Source of the DNA: an uncultured bacterium | Lineage (GTDB): Bacteria > Verrucomicrobiota > Verrucomicrobiia > Verrucomicrobiales > V1-33 | Length of the DNA stretch: 64,000 nt | Direction: 5' to 3' | Assembly: GCA_903954065.1 (NCBI GenBank) | Contig: CAJBME010000343.1 | Span: forward strand, 5,876 to 69,875 | Part shown: piece after piece, positions 30,419 through 40,300 of the stretch | Layout: the number at the start of each line of letters is the position of its first letter | Position numbering within the stretch: position 1 is the first letter of the stretch | Program-made: the position numbers and the translations under genes | Notes under the pieces: model-generated | The model's database searches: none | What the model saw: the letters and a program-made list of their open reading frames with translations, nothing else | What the model was told of the DNA's origin: nothing

Positions 30419-31551
30419 TGAGTGACCTCAAACCGATGGAAGCCGTGGCCGCCTTGTACGCAGAAGGCCGCCAAGACGAGGCCCGCGCCATCATCGCCAG
30501 TCTCGCCCGGGCCGTCTTCGAAGGACCACATCAGTCCCCGGCCGGCCCCGCCCAACGGCTCATGGCCCGCGCGAGCCACCGACTACTCCAATGGACCACC
30601 CGCCGCCACGAGAGCGCAGCCCCCGATCAACCCGCCGCCGGATTTCGCAATCGCTTGCTCGAGCGCTCAGGTCACCCGTACGCCAGCTCCCTGCTCGCCT
30701 CGTCCCATCAGGACGTCGAATCACTCGTCGAAGGCGGCGATCCCATGAACGGCCCCTACATGATGATCGCCCCGGAAATCCGCGGGGCTGGCAGTCGATG
30801 GGACCGCCTGTTCTTCAACTCCGTGCAAGGCCGTGATGTGCAGCTGCGATTCATCTGGGAAACACGAGCCACGTATGAAGCCGCCTGCCATCGCCTCGAT
30901 CAAGGCCGACCCGTGCGAATCAAGGCGCTCGCCGCCGGCACCGGACTCAGCCTGATTCTGGCCTATACCCAGTTGCTGCAAAACGGCTACAACCCCGACA
31001 TGATCTCGGTCAGCATCACCGACCGAGACGCGTCTAACACCAGCAAAACCGGGCGCCTGCTCGCCAAACTGGAATCCACCCGCTCCCGCATCATCAGCCA
31101 CGAAGGCGCCGCCGGTATCGCCGCCATCACCGAAGACTTATTCGAAGCCGGAACCACCGGCGACCCGTACGACGTGGTCACGGCCGTCGGCATCCTCGAA
31201 TACTTTCCAGGCTTCACCTGCGAGACAACCGAACAACGCCTACGCCTACCGCAGCCAGCCGAGACAGCCACCGCCCTCCACCTCGCGGCCAAAATCGGTG
31301 AGATCACAGCCCCGTCCGCTTCGTTAATCACCAATACATACCGCCCACACGCGAGCACCCGGATCCTCGAGGTCTTTGGCAAACGCTTCGACTACCGCGA
31401 AAGAACTCACGTCGCAGCCCTGCTCGCCACCGCCAATTTCCAGCCCGCACGTCTGGTCGGATCAGGCGCCATCTACGACGTCGAAGTCCACGAAAAAAGT
31501 GACGACAAAACTTCCACCCCCCTCATCCTCCCGCCCGGTCACCTCGCCTAA
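30415..31551 (+). CDS. Class I SAM-dependent methyltransferase-like protein
   Basis: KALAAGTG motif I, DVVTAVGILEYF; ATGA overlap with leuA. Confidence 0.6.
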   Translation: MMSDLKPMEAVAALYAEGRQDEARAIIASLARAVFEGPHQSPAGPAQRLMARASHRLLQWTTRRHESAAPDQPAAGFRNRLLERSGHPYASSLLASSHQDVESLVEGGDPMNGPYMMIAPEIRGAGSRWDRLFFNSVQGRDVQLRFIWETRATYEAACHRLDQGRPVRIKALAAGTGLSLILAYTQLLQNGYNPDMISVSITDRDASNTSKTGRLLAKLESTRSRIISHEGAAGIAAITEDLFEAGTTGDPYDVVTAVGILEYFPGFTCETTEQRLRLPQPAETATALHLAAKIGEITAPSASLITNTYRPHASTRILEVFGKRFDYRERTHVAALLATANFQPARLVGSGAIYDVEVHEKSDDKTSTPLILPPGHLA

Positions 31552-31594
31552 TCCCACGCTACCACCGGTCACCCAGTCCCTTGTTTTCCATTTT

Positions 31595-33253
31595 ATGCAC
31601 GTCCTCACGAGTTTCCGATGCGCCTTGCTGGGCCTCACGCTGGCTCTGGCCGGGTGCAGCAAATACTCTTCCGTTAGCACCCAGCAACTAACCTACGGCG
31701 CCACCACCCCGGCCGGCGTCCGTATCTCCGCGGCCCTTCGACACCCTGATAAAGAACCGCTGCGCCAAATCGGTGGGTATCTCGATGCCGCGGCCATCGC
31801 CGGCCAAGCGCTCAAAACACAACCCGACGACACCCAGGCCCGAACCGATTATAATTTTGCCCTCAGCCGCATCATGGAGGTCATCCATGAGGCCGGCTTC
31901 AAACCATGGATCACCCCACTACAATGCCCCGGAGAAGAAGGCCCATGGATCGTCCGTTACGAAACCGTGGGTCCCAAATCCCCGTATGATCCAGCTTTTT
32001 TCCGCGTCCTGCCAGCGGACCGCTACGAGTTTAAAGGACGTCTCGTCACCGAACGCACCATCAAACCCGGTCTCGGCGCTCCCTTGGTCATCAACAACCA
32101 AGGATTCGACGCCACCACCATCGACCCCTTCGCCCAAGGCCGTAGCCTCTACTACGGTCTGACCGCCATCGCCCAGTTCAACAACCGACAGGTCACCCTG
32201 ACCACCCTCGACCCACTGGCTCGCGAAACCGTCGATTTCAACAACCGGTCCTACCCGCTCGCCGCAGACTTCACCGCGCCCATCGGCCTCGCCCTCGCCG
32301 AATTAAAACCGCGCAAAATGGAAGTCGCCCGGATGTTCAAACCGGACAAATTCAAGGCCACCACCCGCTTGGCCCGGCTTCAGCCATACGATCCAGAAAA
32401 AATTCCCGTGCTTCTCATCCACGGACTGGGCGACTCCCAAGCCACCTGGGCCCCGATGATCGAGTCGCTGCGCGGCGACGCCACCATCCGGAAAAACTAC
32501 CAATTCTGGTTCTTCAGCTACCCCACCGGTTACCCGTACCCGCTGATGGCCTCCGTCCTGCGCGAGCAACTCAAAGCCATGAAAGCCACCTACCCCGATC
32601 ATAAAAAAATGGTCGTCGTCGGTCACAGCATGGGTGGAATGATCGCCCGCTCACTCATCACCGACAGCGGATTAAATTTGTGGAACGCCTACTTCGACAC
32701 TCCTCCAGATCAAACCAATCTGCCGGAAGAAACCCTCCAGATCATGAAAGGCGCCCTTGTCTTCCAGCCCCACCCAGACATCTCCCGCGTCATTTTTGCC
32801 TCCGCTTCCCTGCGCGGAAGTGACATGGCCACTAACATCATCGGTCGGCTCGGCTCCAAACTGATCGGCAGCCCGTCCGTCCTGCTCGACGGCGGACAAG
32901 AGGCACTGCGCCTCGCCAAACCCTCCGATGTCACCGGCAATCCAATCACCCGCATGCCCAACAGCGTGGATGCACTCGATCCCGAAAATAGGTTTCTCCT
33001 CACCATCAACGCCCTACCCCTCGCCCCCGGCATCCCGTACCACTCCATCATCGGCGACCGCGGCAAAGGCGGTAACTTAAACCGAGTCAAACCCGTCAGT
33101 ACCGACGGCATCGTCCCGTACTGGAGCAGCCACCTCGACGGAGCCCAAAGCGAGCTCATCGTCCCCAGTGACCACTGGTCCAATCAAAACCCCCAAGCCA
33201 TTGCCGAAGTGAACCGCATTCTCAAGCAACACTTGGGAGCCGCCGCCCGCTAA
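31595..33253 (+). CDS. Alpha/beta-hydrolase lipoprotein (lipase/esterase-like)
   Basis: Lipobox LAGC, LLIHGLG, GHSMGG, DGIVPY, late His. Confidence 0.85.
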   Translation: MHVLTSFRCALLGLTLALAGCSKYSSVSTQQLTYGATTPAGVRISAALRHPDKEPLRQIGGYLDAAAIAGQALKTQPDDTQARTDYNFALSRIMEVIHEAGFKPWITPLQCPGEEGPWIVRYETVGPKSPYDPAFFRVLPADRYEFKGRLVTERTIKPGLGAPLVINNQGFDATTIDPFAQGRSLYYGLTAIAQFNNRQVTLTTLDPLARETVDFNNRSYPLAADFTAPIGLALAELKPRKMEVARMFKPDKFKATTRLARLQPYDPEKIPVLLIHGLGDSQATWAPMIESLRGDATIRKNYQFWFFSYPTGYPYPLMASVLREQLKAMKATYPDHKKMVVVGHSMGGMIARSLITDSGLNLWNAYFDTPPDQTNLPEETLQIMKGALVFQPHPDISRVIFASASLRGSDMATNIIGRLGSKLIGSPSVLLDGGQEALRLAKPSDVTGNPITRMPNSVDALDPENRFLLTINALPLAPGIPYHSIIGDRGKGGNLNRVKPVSTDGIVPYWSSHLDGAQSELIVPSDHWSNQNPQAIAEVNRILKQHLGAAAR

Positions 33254-33367
33254 CCCGCCCCCGCCGCGCCATCCGCGCCCCGAAATTTGCCCCACCCACC
33301 AGGCCCGGGTATCATCACTCTTCAGGCGGCCCATCGCGTCCCCTGCCGGTGATCCGCGCCGCCCACC

Positions 33368-34138
33368 ATGAAACTCCATCGCCCGCTCCTGACTCTGTGC
33401 TCCCTCCTCTGCCTACTCTCCCTCGGCACCACCAAAGCCGATGAATCCATCGACTCCCTCGTTCAACAGGCCGCGGTCTTTGATCAAAACCTCCAAGCCG
33501 CTGAGGCCCTCGCGTGCTACCTGCCAGCTGAAAAGGCCGATCCCAAGAACGTGACCGTCCTGCTGGGCATCGCGAGGCAATACCGCCACCTCATGGCCGA
33601 CGCGAGCGATCCAGAAGAAAAAATCCGCCTCGGAAAACTCGGCCATGGCTACGCCCTGCGAGCCGTCAGCCTCGCCCCCAATGAGGCCGAAACCCACCTC
33701 TCCGTCGCCATCAGCCACGCCAAAATGTCTCCACTCCTCGACAACAAAGAGAAAATGGAGGCCTCCAGCCAAATCAAAATCTTCGTCGATCGGTCAATCG
33801 CCCTCGACCCAAGCAAAGATCTCGCCTGGCACGTCCTCGGCTGCTGGCATCAACGACTCGCCGACCTCGGAGTCGTCAAAAGAACTCTCGCCCGCATCGT
33901 CTACGGAAAACTCCCCGATGCCTCCAACGAAGAAGCCGTTCAATGCTTCAAAAAAGCCATCGAACTGGACCCGAACCGCCTCATCCATCACATCGAACTC
34001 GGTCGCACTTACGCCCAAATGGGCATGGTCCCAGAAGCGAAAGAATACCTGAAAAAAGGCCTCTCCATGCCCAATACAGGTAAAGACGATCCCGAAATGA
34101 AAAAACGAGGTTTAGAAACTCTGGCTGGCTTGGAATAA
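33368..34138 (+). CDS. Secreted TPR protein resembling RMDN (regulator of microtubule dynamics) family
   Basis: Signal peptide; helical repeats; WHVLGCWH...RIVYGKLPDASNEEAVQCFKKAIELDP resembles RMDN1-type TPR. Confidence 0.65.
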   Translation: MKLHRPLLTLCSLLCLLSLGTTKADESIDSLVQQAAVFDQNLQAAEALACYLPAEKADPKNVTVLLGIARQYRHLMADASDPEEKIRLGKLGHGYALRAVSLAPNEAETHLSVAISHAKMSPLLDNKEKMEASSQIKIFVDRSIALDPSKDLAWHVLGCWHQRLADLGVVKRTLARIVYGKLPDASNEEAVQCFKKAIELDPNRLIHHIELGRTYAQMGMVPEAKEYLKKGLSMPNTGKDDPEMKKRGLETLAGLE

Positions 34139-34342
34139 ACCTATTTCGTATGGAAAATGAGTGATCCTAGTTTTTGATGCGTCGCGCACCACCCGCACAT
34201 CAGGCCAAGCGCTCCTCCACCTTCCCCAAAATACTCACGCTCCCCCCAAAATGGGGAGGAATATCCACATGCGTGGAACAATGGCTTGCCACCGGTTGAA
34301 TTGACACAACTATCTGAGCCCGCCCTGCAAGGCGCCACTCGT

Positions 34343-37300
34343 ATGCATAAAGAAGCCATCGCAATCATCGGAGTCGGATGCCGCTTTCCCGGCGGAGTCA
34401 ATGACACAGAGTCATTTTGGAAAATGCTGGCGGACGGGCTGGATGTTGTCTCGGAAGTTCCTTCTGATCGCTGGAACGTCGACCGGTTCTACGATGCGGA
34501 GCCCGGGCTGGCCGGCAAGACGATTGCCAAACGAGGCGGATTTCTCGACAACATCGATCAATTTGACCCTCAATTTTTCGGGATTTCTCCTCGCGAAGCG
34601 CCTTACATCGACCCCCAACAGCGCCTACTGCTGGAAACCGCCTGGGAGGCGATCGAAGACGCTGGCGTCGTTTTGGATTTTGAACGTGGCACGGATATCG
34701 GGGTGTTCATGGGAGTTTCCCATAACGACTACCAGAACATTCAAGGCGGTTCTGCCGACCGTTCCGGGATCAGCGCCCACTCGCCCACGGGAAGCGCCCA
34801 CAGTATTGCCGCCAACCGGATTTCTTACTGCCTCAACCTTCTGGGGCCCAGCATGTCGATGGACACGGCCTGCTCCTCCGCCCTGACCGCAGTGCACATC
34901 GCCTGCGAACAAATCAGGACAGGCCGGTGTCGCATGGCCATGGCCGGAGGTGTGACTGTCATGATCACACCCGATGGATTCATCGGTTTCTCGCAGGCCG
35001 GCATGCTCTCGCCCGACGGGCGATGCGCCGCCTTCGACGCCTCAGCCAACGGATTCGTGCGCGGTGAGGGAGCAGGCATCGTCCTGCTCAAATCTCTCAG
35101 TCAGGCTCTGGCCGACGGCGACCCGATCCGCGGCGTCATTCTTGGCTCAGCCCTGAATCAAGACGGTCATACCAATGGCATCTCCCTGCCCAGCCCGGAA
35201 GCCCAAGCCCAGTTAGTGCTGGACGCCTGCGCCGACGCCGGCATCAACCCGTCCGAGGTCGGATTCGTCGAGGCCCATGGTACCGGCACCGCCGTCGGTG
35301 ACCCCATCGAAGCCACCGCCCTCGCCAACGCCCTCTGCCCCAACCGCCCGACCACGCAGCCACTGCCCATCGGCTCGGTCAAAACCAATCTCGGCCACCT
35401 CGAAACCGCCGCGGGCATCGTCGGCTTGATCAAAGGCCTGCTCGTCCTCAAACACCGTCAGATCCCAGCCAGTCTGCACTTCACCACCCCGAACGAACAT
35501 ATCGATCTCGCGGCGCTGAAACTCAGGATTCCCACACGTCTGGAAGCATTTCCTGAACTTTCTGGAGACAACAGCCGCCGCATCGTCGGCGTTAATTCTT
35601 TCGGATTCGGCGGAGCCAATGCCCACGTCATCCTAACCGAACCACCAGTCGCCACGCCAGCACCCGCCACCACCATGTCCCAAGAACGGGCATGGCCAGC
35701 CGTTCTCTCCGCACGGTCCGAGTCCGCTCTGCAGGCCGCCGCCACTCGCTTGGGCGCTTGGGTGACCAAACATGAACAAGGCAACGGTCACTCGCCTCTA
35801 CTGCCCGCCCTCACCTATACCCTCGGCGCGCGCCGCAACCACCACGCCCACCGCCTCACTCTAGTCGCCCGGTCGTCCGAAGAACTGGCCCGCGAATTGC
35901 ACGACTTCGCCGCCGGCACCGCCGGCCATCAAGCGCGCACCTCGTTCTCGCCACGACGCGAAGCCGCCCCACGCATCGGATTCATCATGAGCGGACAAGG
36001 CCCCCAATGGTGGGGCATGGGTCGCGAGTTGATGAAAAATGAGCCTGTCTTCCGCCAGACCATGGAAGCCTGCGCTCACGCCATGCAGCCGCATGCCCGC
36101 TTCTCGCTGCTCGAAGAACTGGCCCGCGATGAAGCCAGCTCCAAGCTCCAGCAAACGGAAATCGCCCAGCCCGCCATCTTCGCCATGCAGCTATCGCTGG
36201 CCGAGCTCTGGAAATCGATCGGCGTCACCCCGTCCGCCATCGCCGGCCACAGCGTCGGCGAAATCGCCGCCGCCTGCGCCGCCGGTATCCTCAGCCTCGA
36301 GGAAGGCTGTAAAGTCATCGTCCTGCGCGCCCGCCTCATGCACGAATGCGCGCGCGGCGACGGCACCATGCTCGCCGTCGGCCTCTCGGAAGAGGAAGCC
36401 GTCACCCTGCTCAACGACTTCGATGGCAGTGTCACCATCGCCGCTTTCAATGGCCCCAAATCCCTGACCCTCTCCGGCCCACGATCCACCCTTGAAGTCA
36501 TCCTCGCCACCCTGGAATCCCGGGCCGTCTTCGCCCGCTTCGTCCGCGTGGACCACCCGTTCCATCACGCCCTGATGCAACCGGCCGCCGACGCCCTCAC
36601 CGAGGCGCTCGCCACCCTCAGCCCCAGACCTGAAACCACCCCGTTCTTCAGCACCGTCACCGGCCAACGCTGCGGCGGTTCAGACTGTACCGCCGCCCAT
36701 TGGGGACGCGGTATTAGACAACCGGTCCAGTTTGTTCCCGCCGTCTATGCCCTCGCCGACTTCGGCATCGACGTCTGGCTGGAAATCAGCTCACACCCAG
36801 CCCTCTCGCTGTCGATTCAAGAATGCCTCAGCGCCCGCAACCTGAAAGCATCCGTCACCGCTTCCACTCGCCGGGAACGCGAACACGAATGTTTCCTCGA
36901 AGCTGCGCTCGATCTGCACCGCGCCGGGGTCGCCCTCGACTTCGCGGCCATGACGCCGTCCCGGGAATTCCTTCCTCTGCCCGCCTACCCGTGGGATAAA
37001 AGCAAATGGTGGCACGAATCCAGTGAGCTGCGCGACGGCCGGTTATCGCCCGGTGGCAAAGGCCTGCTGGACTCGCGCTTACCGCGGGCCACCCCCACAT
37101 GGACCACGCGTCTCGACGGTCGGCACATGGCCTTTCTGAAAGACCACAAGGTCGATACTCACATCATTTTTCCAGCCGCAGGATTCGTGGAAATGGTCCT
37201 CGAAGCCGGCGTGCAATTGTTCGAAGGCCGGCCGTTCGCCATCGAGGACTTTGAGATCCGCAAACCTCTCCTGCTGCCAGACCCGCCGTCAGGATTGGTC

Positions 37301-40300
37301 ATGGAACTCACGTACGAGCCAGGCGAACGCACGTTCACCATTCAAAGCAAATTCGAACAAGCCGCCACCTGGTCGGTCCACGTCGTCGGCTCCATGCGCG
37401 CCGAACGCACCGAATCATCGTTCGGCGTTTCCTCATGGCAGCCTCCGGCCAGCGACATGAATACCGAAGGCGTCGGCCAGTTTTATGGCTACATGAGCGA
37501 CCTCGGCCTGCGCTACGGCGACGAATTCCGGCCCATCCGTGAATTGGCCGCCGGCCACGGCCAGTCCACCGGACGCGTCTCGCTGTCCCCAGCCATTGAA
37601 CGCCGCGCCTCCGAATACGCCCTGCACCCGGTCCTGCTCGACGGCGCACTCCAAGTCTTCTCAGCCGGCGCCCGGACGGTGGAAGAACGGCGCTCGAAAA
37701 TGAAGCTGCCCGTCCGCTTCGCCCGCATCCTCTTCCTGCGATCACCCGGCGCTTCCAGCCGCGTTAATGCCCGCGTCCTCCACTTCAACGAAGAACTCAT
37801 CGAGGGAAGGATCTCCCTCTATGACGAAACCGGGCGCCCCTGCGTGCTTGTCGACGGATTCCGTGCCATCAGCATGACCGCCGCCCGCCGGCCAGGCGCT
37901 TCCGGTGGCGGCCGCGACCTGTTGTACCATGTGGATTGGGAACGGTTCACCACCACCGCCGCCCCGGCCCCGCTCGCTCCAGTTCCTCTGGCCCGGCTCC
38001 ACGAGGTGGCCACCCGCACCCTCAACGACATCATCAGCATTCGGGGACGCGAAGAATTGGAATCGGTGATGGCCGCGGAAGATACCCTCGCCGCTGCCCA
38101 ACTCGCCCACGGACTGCATCAGACCGGCGCCAACTTGCACGCCGGCTTCAACGCCAGCTCGCTGGGGGTCGCCCCAGCCATGCACACCGTCTTCACACGG
38201 CTCATGAATAGCCTCGTCGGCCGAGGCCTGCTCGCCGCCACCCCAGACGGATTCATTCCATCGCCAGCATTCGACGCCGCCGCCGCTTCCGCCTCCGACG
38301 CCCTGCGCGATTTCATCCTCGAACATCCCGGCCACCTCCCGGAAGGCCTGCTCTGCGCATCCACCTGCGCCGAACTCGGCCCGATTCTGCGCGGCGAAAA
38401 AGACGCCGTGCAAATCCTCTTCAGCGGCCCCGGCGCCGAACTGCTCGATCAATTCTACGGAGACGGCCTGTTCGCCAGTCACTGGATGGCCAGCATCACC
38501 AGCGCCGTCCAAGAAGCCGCACGCCAGCTGCCCGAAGGCCGGGGCTTGCGCCTCCTCGAAATCGGAGCCGGTACCGCCGGTCTCGCCGCCCAAATGCTGC
38601 CGCTGCTCGACCGCGGCCTGCATTCCTACGTCTTCACCGACGTCTCGGCTGGATTTTTCCCCAGCGCCAATCAAAAATTGGCCGCCTTCCCAGAGGTCGA
38701 ATACAAAGTCTTCGATCTGGAAAAACCTTCTGAAGATCAAGGGTTTACCAACAACTCGTACGATTTCATCGTCGGCACCAACGTCCTGCACGCCGTGGCT
38801 GACGTGCGCGCCACCCTCAAGACATTGCATGGATTGCTCGCCCCAGGCGGCACGTTGATGTTCATGGACGTGGCCACCCCCCAACTGTGGACCGAATCAG
38901 TCTTCGGCCTGACCAGCGGATGGTGGCATCTGACCGATCGCGACCTACGGCCCGAACAGCCACTGCTCCAGCGCGCCCAATGGGAAGCCGCCCTCAAAGA
39001 AGCCGGCTTCGCCGAAACCATCTCGCTCCCCGGCCTGCACGGACCTCACGGTGAAGGACAAATCGCCGTGCTGGCCCGCAAAACAACTGCGGCCGCCGAC
39101 GCCAATAGCGGCGCAGCTGACGCCCACGCTGGCGCCGAGGCGCAGGAAACCGCCCTCGAGCCGTCATGGCTCGTCTTCGCGGACGATGCCGGCCTCGGCG
39201 ACGCCTTAGCCGCCCGGGCCGTGGCCGCGGGTTCACGATGCAGGGTCGTCCACCGCGGCCCAGCTTTCAGCCACCCCGCCGCCGACGCCTTCACGCTGCG
39301 CCCCGGCGAAGCCGCTGACTGGAAACAACTTTTCGCCGCCCTCGGCGCCGAGGACTCACCCCGTCACCTCGTCTATTTGTGGACACTCGATGAACGTCCA
39401 GGTAACGGACCCGAAGATGCCCTGATGGGCATCGACGCCCTGCTCCACCTGACTCACTCGCTAGAAGAAACCATGTCCGTCGCAAAATTGCGGTTTGACC
39501 TGGTGACGCGCGGCGCTCAGCCCGCCGGCCGTGACATGGGAGCCACCACCATAGCCCAAGCCCCCGCCATTGGCCTCTTCCGAGTCATCCTCAGCGAACA
39601 TCCGCAGTTCTCCTGCCGAAGCATCGACCTGCCACCCGTGACCAACGCGGCAGATTTGGACTCGCTCTGGCATGAAATCCTGCAAGGCGCACCCGAACGG
39701 GAAATCGCCCTGCGCGGTGACGCGCGCTACGCCCAGCGACTAACCCGTGGCCTGCCCGCTCGTGAACAACGGCTCGCCGCAACAACCCCGCTGCGCCTCG
39801 AATCACGCGAACGAGGATTGCTCGACAGCCTGCGGTTCACCCCGTTCATCATGCCCACCTGCGGACCGGATGAGGTCCTGATTAAGGTACGGGCCGCTGG
39901 CATGAACTTCCGCGACGTGCTTAAAGCCCTCGCCCTCTACCCAGCCGAAACCGCAGACGCCCGCATCTTCGGCGATGAAATCGCCGGAGAGGTAGTGGCC
40001 GTGGGTTCCGCCGTCACTCACGTGCAGCCCGGCGACCGCGCCTTCGGCCTCGCCGTCTTCGGCCTCGCCACTCATTCGCTGGCCCGAGGCGCCGACGTGC
40101 GCCCCATGCCCGCCAATCTCACCTACGAGGAAGCCGCCACCCTCCCGGTCGTCTTCATGACCGCATGGCACGCCCTCAAAACCGTCGCCCGCATCAAACA
40201 GGGTGACATGATCCTCGTCCACGCCGGGGCCGGCGGCGTAGGCATGGCCGCCATCCAGATCGCCCACCACCTCGGAGCCACCGTCATCGCCTCCGCTGGC

